Of a stretch of DNA of 64,000 nucleotides, positions 27,734 to 36,827 are shown piece after piece (the stretch's first letter is position 1; each line of letters starts with the position of its first letter). Source of the stretch: Acidobacterium sp. (GTDB lineage Bacteria; Acidobacteriota; Terriglobia; Terriglobales; Acidobacteriaceae); NCBI GenBank assembly GCA_003166955.1, contig PMUI01000105.1:46048-110047 (forward strand). Direction: 5' to 3'. The notes beneath the pieces are model-generated. The model did not search any database. It was not told where the DNA came from and saw only the letters and a program-made list of their open reading frames with translations. A program made the position numbers and the translations under genes.

Positions 27734-30700
27734 ATGGGTGAGTTGAGAACAAGTCGAGGCTTCCGCGGGCTGGTGATGGGCCTGGGTCTTGCGGTGTTGC
27801 TGTGTCTGAGCGCGGCGCAGATGCGCGGGCAGTCGCCGGCGGAAAAGACCCTGCTCGATAAGGCGCAATCGCAGGAGCAGTCGGGACACCTCGATCTGGC
27901 GGCGCAGACGTGGCAGCAGATTCTGCTTTCCGATCCGAAGAATGAAGAAGCGCTGGCGGGGCTCGGACGCTGGGCGAAACTGAGCGGGAACGATGCCGAC
28001 GCGCAAACCTGGATCGACCGGTTGCGGGCGGTGAACCCGAACAGCCCGGAGATTGCGAAGATCGAGGCGCTGGTCAGCAACAAGACGCAGAATCAGCTGC
28101 TGGAACAGGCGTCGGAACTGGCGAAGAACGGGCACAACGAAGACGCACTGAAGATTTACCGGCAGACCTTCGGAGCCCATCCGCCGGACAACTGGGCGAT
28201 GGCGTACTACGACGTGGAAGCCGGGATCCCGGCGATGCGCGAAGACGCAATCGGCGGGCTGCGAGGGCTGATGGCAAAGTATCCCAGCGATCCGCAGTAT
28301 GCGATCGATCTGGGACGAGTGCTCACCTACGATCCGCGCACGCGGACGGAAGGGGAGAAGATTCTGAGCAAGTATCCACAGGATGCTACGGCACAGACGG
28401 CGCTGCGCGCGGCGCTGGGATGGGACGTGCAGAATCCGGCGACGGTGCCTCAGGTTCGGGAGTATCTGAAGCTGCATCCGGATGCGGAACTGCAAAAGGA
28501 ACTCGACGAGACCGTGGCAAGGCAGGCGCAGTCGACTTCGGGCATCGCGCACACGCCGGCGGAACAGGCCGCGTTCCGCGAACTGGCGGCGAATCATCTC
28601 GCGGCGGCGGAGCAGATGTTCGTCGATCTGAATGTGAAGAACCCGGCGAATCCGCGGGCGCTGGCAGGGCTCGGCTTTGTGCGGATGAAGCAGAGCAATT
28701 TTGACGAGGCGGCAAAGGACTTCGAGCAGGCCGAGCAGAACGGGATGAAGATCCCGCTGATTGCGCAATCGCTGGCGACCGCGCGCTATTGGAATGCGAT
28801 GCAGCTGGGCACGCAGGCGCTGACCGCGAACCGTCTGGACGAGGCCGTGCAGCAGTACAAGGCGGCCCTGGCGTTGCGGCCGGGCAGCGAGGACGCGCTG
28901 ACCGGGGAAGCTGGCGCCTATATGAGGATGCAGCAGCCGGACCTGGCTGTGCCTCTGTATCAGCAACTGTTACGAAAGCAGCCCAGGTCGGCGGCGTGGT
29001 GGCGCGGCTTGTTCATGGCGCAGTCGCAGGCCGGGCAGGGCAACGCCGCCATTATCACGGCAGGGCAATTTCCCCCGGCGCTGAAGAGCAGCGTTGCGAA
29101 GGATCCTGAGTATCTGCGCACGCTGGCGCAGGCCTATACGGCGGTGGGACAGGATGCCCAGGCGCAGAGGATTCTGCTGCAAGCGATGAACCTCAGGTAC
29201 CCGGCGGGCGAGGAGCGGATCCGGAACGAGATCACGCTGCAGTATGCGGCATTGCTGGCGCAGGAGAAGAACTACGCGCAGGCGGCGGACATTTACCGGA
29301 AGGCACTGCGCAGCGATCCCAATAACGTTCCCGCGTGGCAGGGGATGGTGTCGCTCGAACATTTGGCGGGGCGGGATGCGGATGCCATCGCGATGGTGGA
29401 GCGCATGCCGCCCGATGCTTATGACAGCGCGCTGCGCGACGCCGGGTTCCTCTCGATGCTCGCCGGGATTTACCAGGGGCAGAATCATCCCGATGTGGCG
29501 GAAGGATTTCTGGAGCGGGCGATCCGAATTTATCAGGACAACGGCCAGGCCCTGCCGGTAGGGCTGCAGCTGCAGGTGGCGGCGCTCGATCTGGATCGGA
29601 ACCACGCGGAGGGCGCGTACAAGATCTATCGCAGCGTTCTGACCGAGAATCCAAATCGGCTGGAGGCGTGGAAGGGATTGCTGGCCGCACTGCATGCGAC
29701 CGACCACGATGCGGACGCGCTGGCGCAGGTGCAGCAGATTCCGCCGGATGTCCGGAAGCAGTTGGCCGCAGACGTTCAATATCAGCAGACGCTGGCGGCG
29801 ATCTACGCGGCGAATGGCGATCAGCGCGGAGCGCTGGTCCTGCTAACGCAGGTAGAGGATGCTTACCGCGCGGCGGGTAGGAGGCCTCCAGCGTCGGTGG
29901 ACATCGCGAATGCATGGACGTTGTACAACGTGGGCGACGATCGCGATCTGTACCGGCAACTGATGACGCTGGGTGATCGCGGCGACATGACGGATGATGA
30001 GCGGCGCCAGGTGCAGACAATCTGGGCGACGTGGGCGCAGCGGCGAGCGGCCCAGGCGACGGCTGCGGGCAATCCGCGGCGCGCGGTCGAAATCCTGATG
30101 GCCGCGGCCGAGGCTTTCCCGGGGAATCCCGCGGTGAGCAGGGCGCTGGCGGTGGGCTTCGTGCAGGCCGGGCAGCCGAAGGACGCGATGGCGATCTATC
30201 AGGCGCTGGATATGACGAACGCGCCGGCGTCGGATTATCAGAGCATGGTGGGCGCCGCCATCGCTGTGCAGAACATGAAGCAGGCTGAGGCGTGGCTGCG
30301 CGAGGCGCTCGCGAAATTTCCCAACGATCCGAAGGTACTGGCTTCGGCGGCGCAGTTTGAGACAGCGCGCGGAGATCGCGCGCGGGCGGCAGATTATTGG
30401 AGGGCGTCACTGAACGCAATGCCGTCGCCGTCGCCGACGGCGACGCTGGCGCACAAGCTCGACCAGCCGGAGCTGGTGAAGCAGACGAGGCCGGAGAAGC
30501 CGACCGATCTGGTGAACCTGTTGAATCCGGATGTAGAGACCGGGGCGGCCGGGGGCGTACCGCTGCCGAGCTTCAGCAATCCGAATCCGACGCAGACGCA
30601 TAGTGAACCACTGGGGCCAGATCCTTATTACATGGGCACGGCGCCGGTGCAGATCAACAACGGGACGTCTTCGCCAAATCCCGGCGGCATTTCCGATCTC

Positions 30701-32410
30701 CCACTGCCCGCGCCGAGAAGCAATGTCCCGCCGGCGGTGAATCCAGAGCCAGTCGCACCGGCTCCTGAAGGAACGCAGAATCCGGCGACGAGTCCGAATG
30801 CAGTGCCAGGGGCTTCGGGTCAACCGGCGAAGCCACAGCCAGCGGAGCCGCAAACGAAGCCGTATATCCCGCAGGCCTCGCTTCCGCCGACGGGCACCGG
30901 GTCGCAGGCAAGCACGGCGAGCATTCCGGAAAAGGAGCCGGAGCAACTGGGTCTGGATACGAGTCCTGCGCTGAAGCCGTTGCCGAATGCAACGGATCAG
31001 TCGATGCGGCAGGCGCAGGCGGCGCTCGATGCCGCGAAGAGGCCGATCGATCCGTCGATAGTCTCGACGCAGTATGAGCCCTCATCCCAGGTGATCCCGC
31101 CGGAGCCGCAGGATTATTTCGAGCGGCCGACAAGCGCGAGCGATGAAGAGCTGATGAAGGAGAAGCTGCCACCGCTGCGTGGCCCGTACGAGCGGCCGGC
31201 GATTGTGCGGCAGCGCGACCTGCGGGAAGAGGCGCAAATCAGTCTGGCGAACATCAACGCCGGCTACAGCGCGTGGCTGGGGGGCACGGGCGTTGTGAAT
31301 CACCGCAGCGGCACGGCCGGTTTCGATACGCTGACCGCGCTGCAGGCGCCGTTCGAGTTGTCGGCGCCGCTCAGCACAGGCGGACGGCTGACCCTGGTGA
31401 CCAATCCCGTGTTTCTGGATTCCGGATCGGCGACACAATCGCCGCTGTTGCCGGGAGGTGTGGTGGAGCGGCTCGGTACTGCGCCGCCGAATTCGGTGCT
31501 GAACCAGCAGAACGCAGTCGGGGTGGGCGGGGAAGTGCAGTTCGCGACGGACAACTTCGCGGCTAGTGCCGGCTATTCACCCTGGGGCTTCCTGGTCTCG
31601 AATGTGATCGGGCGGGTGAACTGGAAACCGGGGAACGGGGCGTTCACATTTATGGCGAGCCGCGATTCAGTGAAGGACTCACAGCTTTCGTATTCAGGGT
31701 TGCGCGATCCGGGCTCGGTGGGGCCGGGATTTCCGGGCAACATCTGGGGTGGCGTGGTCGCCACCGGCGGGGACGTGCAGTTCGGCAGGAGCGATCCCGG
31801 TTCTGGGTTATACGTCAGCATGGGCGGCCAGCATCTCAATGGCGTTCATGTGCAGAGTAACAACCGGATCGATGGCGATGCCGGAGCTTATTTCAGAGTT
31901 AGAGAAGTTCCCGATGAGGGCAACCTGACGGTAGGTATCAATTTCTTCGGGATGCATTACTCACATAACTCGAACTTCTTCACTTATGGGCAAGGTGGAT
32001 ACTTCAGTCCGCAGGCCTACTATCTGGCCAATGTGCCGGTTTCGTTTCAGGGCAGGTATGGGCCGAATATCCACTACAGTGCAGTTGCGGCGTTCGGGGT
32101 CGAGGCGTTCCAGCAGGACAGCGTTCCATTTTTTCCGTTGGATACAGCGCTGGAAGTGGGGAATAATAATGCGTCCTACTCGGCGCAGTCGGTGGTGAGC
32201 GGCAATTACGACTTTAAAGGCGAACTGTCGTACCACCTCAACGATCACTGGTTTGCGGGAGGGTTTCTCTCGTTGAATAACACGCGGGACTATAACAGCC
32301 AGGTCGTGGGATTCTTCATCCGGTGGACGAATCGGGCGCAGGTGGAGTCGGATGAGGGTCCGACGGGGCTGTATCCGTGGGATGGGTTAAGGCCGTATCT
32401 GGCGCCGTAG
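27734..32410 (+). CDS. bcsC: Cellulose synthase operon protein BcsC (TPR array + outer-membrane beta-barrel)
   Basis: 1558 aa. Signal peptide, about 880 aa of TPR-like repeats, a Pro/Ser/Thr-rich linker, then a C-terminal barrel-like region rich in alternating aromatic/Gly strands that ends ...DGLRPYLAP. Confidence 0.88.
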   Translation: MGELRTSRGFRGLVMGLGLAVLLCLSAAQMRGQSPAEKTLLDKAQSQEQSGHLDLAAQTWQQILLSDPKNEEALAGLGRWAKLSGNDADAQTWIDRLRAVNPNSPEIAKIEALVSNKTQNQLLEQASELAKNGHNEDALKIYRQTFGAHPPDNWAMAYYDVEAGIPAMREDAIGGLRGLMAKYPSDPQYAIDLGRVLTYDPRTRTEGEKILSKYPQDATAQTALRAALGWDVQNPATVPQVREYLKLHPDAELQKELDETVARQAQSTSGIAHTPAEQAAFRELAANHLAAAEQMFVDLNVKNPANPRALAGLGFVRMKQSNFDEAAKDFEQAEQNGMKIPLIAQSLATARYWNAMQLGTQALTANRLDEAVQQYKAALALRPGSEDALTGEAGAYMRMQQPDLAVPLYQQLLRKQPRSAAWWRGLFMAQSQAGQGNAAIITAGQFPPALKSSVAKDPEYLRTLAQAYTAVGQDAQAQRILLQAMNLRYPAGEERIRNEITLQYAALLAQEKNYAQAADIYRKALRSDPNNVPAWQGMVSLEHLAGRDADAIAMVERMPPDAYDSALRDAGFLSMLAGIYQGQNHPDVAEGFLERAIRIYQDNGQALPVGLQLQVAALDLDRNHAEGAYKIYRSVLTENPNRLEAWKGLLAALHATDHDADALAQVQQIPPDVRKQLAADVQYQQTLAAIYAANGDQRGALVLLTQVEDAYRAAGRRPPASVDIANAWTLYNVGDDRDLYRQLMTLGDRGDMTDDERRQVQTIWATWAQRRAAQATAAGNPRRAVEILMAAAEAFPGNPAVSRALAVGFVQAGQPKDAMAIYQALDMTNAPASDYQSMVGAAIAVQNMKQAEAWLREALAKFPNDPKVLASAAQFETARGDRARAADYWRASLNAMPSPSPTATLAHKLDQPELVKQTRPEKPTDLVNLLNPDVETGAAGGVPLPSFSNPNPTQTHSEPLGPDPYYMGTAPVQINNGTSSPNPGGISDLPLPAPRSNVPPAVNPEPVAPAPEGTQNPATSPNAVPGASGQPAKPQPAEPQTKPYIPQASLPPTGTGSQASTASIPEKEPEQLGLDTSPALKPLPNATDQSMRQAQAALDAAKRPIDPSIVSTQYEPSSQVIPPEPQDYFERPTSASDEELMKEKLPPLRGPYERPAIVRQRDLREEAQISLANINAGYSAWLGGTGVVNHRSGTAGFDTLTALQAPFELSAPLSTGGRLTLVTNPVFLDSGSATQSPLLPGGVVERLGTAPPNSVLNQQNAVGVGGEVQFATDNFAASAGYSPWGFLVSNVIGRVNWKPGNGAFTFMASRDSVKDSQLSYSGLRDPGSVGPGFPGNIWGGVVATGGDVQFGRSDPGSGLYVSMGGQHLNGVHVQSNNRIDGDAGAYFRVREVPDEGNLTVGINFFGMHYSHNSNFFTYGQGGYFSPQAYYLANVPVSFQGRYGPNIHYSAVAAFGVEAFQQDSVPFFPLDTALEVGNNNASYSAQSVVSGNYDFKGELSYHLNDHWFAGGFLSLNNTRDYNSQVVGFFIRWTNRAQVESDEGPTGLYPWDGLRPYLAP

Positions 32411-32709
32411 GAGCGCAGCAGCCGGCGACTAAGGCCGGATGTATTTCCCCCGGGAAAGTGGATTGTTGAAGGGGCGGAATGGGTGTGGAATGCCGGCCGC
32501 GGATCGGGCGGCAGGAAACGGAAAGGATTAAGGACCCGCAGATCGTTTTGCAGTTAAGAGGGAAAGTTCCGCGGAATAACTGAAAATTGTCTTGCATCGG
32601 CTGCCCACAGGACTTAAAAAAAGACTACATCCCTCCCCTGAATGCGTCATTGCGGATTCCTGGAAATCCGCCTGGAATCTTACCAACGCTCCATTTGTGA
32701 GGCTCTGCT

Positions 32710-34721
32710 TTGGTTACAACAATTCGCCGTACTCTCCTCTTCGCGTCCCTCTCCTTCATCGCATCGGCTTCCGCATTTGGGTGGTCGAGCTGGACCCAAC
32801 CCACGCCCGACGAGTTGAAGATGACCTCTGACCCGGCGGCGCCGAACGCATCGGCGGTGTATTTGTTCCGTGAGGAATACGTCGACGACAAGCTGCATTT
32901 CCACCGGCTTTATGCGCGCATCAAGATCCTGACGGAGAAGGGAAAAGAACAGTTCAGCGACGTCGAGATGCCGTATGAGGCGGGAACGACCGACGTCCGA
33001 GCGATCGAAGGCAGAACCATCCATCCCGATGGCACCGTGGTCCCCTTTGCCGGCAAACCGTACACCAAGGAACTGGTGAAGGCCGGCGATATCAGGATTA
33101 TGGCCAAGGTCTTCAGCCTGCCGGATGTCCAGGTGGGAAGCATTCTGGAATACCGCTACGAACTGCAGTACGACAACAATATTGTCATCGAGCCGAAGTG
33201 GTACATCCAGCAGCCGGTGTTCGTTCACAAGGCGCACTATCACTTTGTGCCGACGTCGTACGACCTGAGCGAGATTTCGAGTAAGGATTCCTTCGGGAAG
33301 GAGAAATCGGCGAGCAGGATTCTGTATTTCTCGTCGCTGCCCATGGGGGGCAAAGTACGGGACGGATTGGACGGCTTCGATCTGGTAGTCGACAATGTAC
33401 CGGCCCTCCCGGACGAGGAATACGCGCCGCCCCTCGACAGCTTTTCTTATCGGCTCCTCTTTTATTACTCGTCCACCTCTACCGGCGCCGATTATTGGAA
33501 AGGAATCGGGAAGGAATGGTCGAAGGACGTTGACCGGTTTGCGAATCCGTCGGACCGGATTCGACAAGCGGTGGCGGGGATTGTGGCCCCCGGCGACACG
33601 GACGATCAGAAGCTGAGGAAGATCTACAAAGCGGTGATGGGGCTGGAGAACACGCGCTTCACCCGGGAGCGCTCCGAGGCAGAGAACAAGGCGGCTGGCC
33701 TGCGCGTGAAGACCGCGGCCGACATCTGGGATCAGAAAAGGGGAAGCGACGACGAAATCACGCGGCTGTTTATCGCCATGGCGAGGGCTGCGGGGCTGAA
33801 GGCGTACGCGATGGCGCTGACGGAGCGCAACAAGAATCTGCTGAACACCGGCTACCTGAGCTGGGATCAGATGGAGGACGAAATCGCGATCGTTCAGCTT
33901 GGCGGCAAGGACGTTTATTTCGATCCCGGGCAAAGATACTGCGAGTACGGCAAGCTGCACTGGATGCACACCGAAGTGCTGGGAATACGGCAGACAGACG
34001 GAGGCACGGCGCTGACGACCGCGCCTGCGCAGGTTTATCCGGATAACCAGGAGACACGGATCGCCGATCTGGACTTGGGCGCAGACGGTACGCTCAAAGG
34101 AATTGTGCGTATCACGATGAAGGGCACGGAGGCCTTGCGCTGGCGGCAGACGGCGCTGCGGAATGACGAGCAGGAGGCGAAGAAGAGCTTCGAAGAGCAT
34201 CTGCAGGAAAGCGTGCCGGACGGAGTGCACGTGACCACGGACCATTTCGTAAACCTGACCGACAACGATGAGCCACTGATGGCCGTGGTCAACGTAAGCG
34301 GCGGCATGGGGACACAGGCCGGCAAGAGAGTAATGCTGCCCGGCGGATTCTTCGAGGCCCGGGAGAAGCCCTTGTTCCCGCAGGAGAAGCGCGAGAACGC
34401 AGTGGACCTGCTGTATCCGTATGTGGTCGCCGATCAGGTAACGATCAGGCTGGCGCCGGGCCTGGCCATCGAGACCGTTCCGTCGAGTGTGAAGACCCCT
34501 TAGGCCAGTTCGCACTGTATCAGGCGATTTACAAGAACAGCGACACGACCTACACGCAGGTGCGGCAGATGGCTCTGGGAACTCCTATCTATAAGGTCGA
34601 TGAGTATGCCCAGCTCAGAGACTTCTTCCAGAAGAGCGGAGCGCAGGATCAGGCGCAGGTGGTGCTGAAGAGGTCGCCGACAGAAGCGAACGCGAGCGCA
34701 GCGCCGGGGAAGAGCGAATGA
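32710..34721 (+). pseudogene. DUF3857 + transglutaminase-like domain protein, paralog 1 (catalytic Cys position not conserved); last ~72 aa in the -1 frame after a C4 run
   Basis: ORF 32710..34503 (signal peptide, DUF3857-like N-half, ...KRGSDDEITRLFIAMARAAGL...) stops at TAG 34501. The frame starting at 34500 continues LGQFALYQAIYKNSDTTYTQVRQMALGTPIYKVDEYAQLRDFFQKSGAQDQAQVVL to TGA 34719-34721. One extra C in cccc (34496-34499) would restore a single frame. Confidence 0.7.
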
Positions 34722-36749
34722 AGAAGCAGGGAACAGGGATCAGAGAACAGGGCACAGTGTTCAGGACGCGGCGACTGGGACGGGCGGCCTCTCTGCCGAT
34801 CGGGGTCTTACTGCTGGCAGGGTCCGCCGCGTTGGCGCATGCGTCCAAGGACGCGCAGTTGCCGGACTGGGTGACGCAGGCGGCGACCGACGCGCCGCTG
34901 AAGAGCGAGTGGCGCGACGCGAAAGCCATTGTTCTGCTGGACGATACCCTGGTGACAGTTACGCCGGACGGGAAGGTGATGCAGCGGAATCGGATGGTGG
35001 TGAAGATTCTGCGGCCGCAGGGACGCGAATACGCAAAACCGGTGGCACAGTTTTCCAAAGACGAGAGGCTGATCTCATTCCATGTCTGGAGCGTCGGGCC
35101 AGACGGGCACCGCTATGCGATGAAGGATTCCGAGTACATCGAGACAGGCGATCTTGGCGCTGATGAGGGGGTTCTCTACGCGGATGCTCGGATGAAGTTG
35201 GCAGCTCCGCCGGGGACCGATCCAGGCGGCACCGTGGCAGCCGAGATCGAGCAGCAGGTGGCGGGCTACATGACCGAGAATACCTGGTCATTCCAGAGCG
35301 ATATACCGGTCGTACGTTCGATTTACGAGCTCGATCTGCCGCCGGGATGGCATCAGGAAGCGGTGTGGTCTCGACACGAAAAAGTGCCGCCCACCGAAGT
35401 GGCGCCCGGGCATTTTCGCTGGGAGCAGACGAATATCGACGGCATCGATTTGTCGGATGTTCCGCTTCATCCTGCCTGGGAGGCTGTAGCGGGAAGGATG
35501 ACGGTGCATTTCAGCGCCGAACCGCTGCCGGAGGGGGATGCGCTGTGGTCCAGAATCGGCAACTGGTATTTACGGCTTGGCGGCGCCGCGCAGTGAGGGA
35601 GGCTCGGACATCGCAACCATGGCGAGGTCCGTTGCGGGTGACGGCGATTTCATGGCGCGGCTGTCCAAAGTTGCCGACTTTATGCAGCAGCAGATCCGGT
35701 ATGTCGCCATCGAGATCGGAATCGGCGGGTTACAGCCGCATGCGGCCGAGGACATCTTTCACAGCCGGTATGGGGACTGCAAGGACAAGGCAACGCTGAT
35801 GATCACGATGCTCGACTCCGTGGGGATTCGTGCAACGTGGGTACCGGTCGACGACCGGCGCGGGGTGGTTGATCAGGCCGCGCCGTCCATCGTCGGTAAT
35901 CACATGATCATGGCCGTCGAGATTCCGAAGGGATACGACAATCCGCGCCTGAAGGCGGTGGTGACTGCGCGGAACGGCAGGCGTTATCTCATCTTCGATC
36001 CGACCAACGAGTTCGTCTCCGTGGGCGACCTGCCGGAGTACGAGCAGGGAAGCTGGGGCTTGCTTGCACTGGGTGCGGACAGCCAGGCAATTCAGTTGCC
36101 CGTCCTGAATCCGAGTGCGGATACGACGGAGCGCAAGGCAAAGTTCGAGCTTGCCCCCGACGGCACCCTCAAGGGAGACGTGACGATTCTGCGCGCGGGG
36201 CCCTCGGCATGGGGGATGCGGGGAAGACTGGCGATGGACAGCGACAAGGAACAGCGGCAGCGGATGGAGCGATTGCTGCAGCACGATCTTTCGACTTTCA
36301 CGCTGGGAGACGAAAAAGTCGCACACGTGCGGGAGCTGGATCAGCCCCTGGAGATGAATTATTCCGTGACGGCGCCGCTGTATGCGAAGGGAGCGGGCAA
36401 TCTGCTGCTGGTGCGGCCGCGCGTGGTGGGAAGTGTGGCGGAGGGGCTGGACGACAAGCCGAGAAAGGTCCCGATCAGCTTCGACGCGGTGCGGACGGTG
36501 CGCGACCAGTTCGATGTAAAGATCCCGGCGGGATACGCCGTGGACGATATGCCGGATCCAGTCAACGTCGACGTGGGATTCGCGACGTATCACAGCGAAG
36601 TGAAAGCCGAAGGCGGAGTGCTGCATTACAAACGCGAATATGTTCTGAAAAAGCTGGTGCTGGAGCCGGGAGAGTACGGCACACTGCGCAAGTTCGAAGC
36701 GGCGATTACGACAGACGAGAACAGCGATGCAGTCTTGAAGAAGCAGTAG
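34718..36749 (+). pseudogene. DUF3857 + transglutaminase-like domain protein, paralog 2 (Cys retained); +1 frameshift at a T3 run
   Basis: ORF 34718..35596 (...ALWSRIGNWYLRLGGAAQ*) and ORF 35538..36749 (...GLAAPRSEGGSDIA...IRYVAIEIGIGGLQPHAAEDIFHSRYGDCKDKATLM...) are two halves of one family member. Removing one T of ttt (35569-35571) gives IGNWYYGLAAPR. The true start may be GTG 34757, just before the signal peptide. Confidence 0.7.
34727..34766 (+). repeat. Heptanucleotide-periodic repeat at the junction of the two DUF3857 paralogs
   Basis: cagggaa cagggat cagagaa cagggca cagtgtt cagga. If ATG 34718 is used it is translated as KKQGTGIREQGTVFRT. Confidence 0.7.
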
Positions 36750-36777
36750 CAGCCCGGATCGAGCAGCGAGGGGAAAA

Positions 36778-36810
36778 CAGAGGAGGCGGCCTTTTGGGCC
36801 GCCTCTTCTG
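36778..36810. terminator. Strong GC-rich hairpin between convergent genes (bidirectional terminator candidate)
   Basis: cagaggaggcggcc-ttttg-ggccgcctcttctg. 14-bp stem (one G-U), 5-nt loop. Lies between the DUF3857 paralog 2 stop (36749) and the CsgG-like stop (36828). No clear U-tail. Confidence 0.45.
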
Positions 36811-36827
36811 CGTGCAGGAGACCTGGG

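Noticed and set aside
34490-34505. Programmed -1 ribosomal frameshift as the explanation for the split DUF3857 gene
   Set aside because: No X_XXY_YYZ slippery heptamer or downstream pseudoknot is evident. Two further frameshifts at short homopolymers in unrelated genes make indel error or mutation the simpler explanation.
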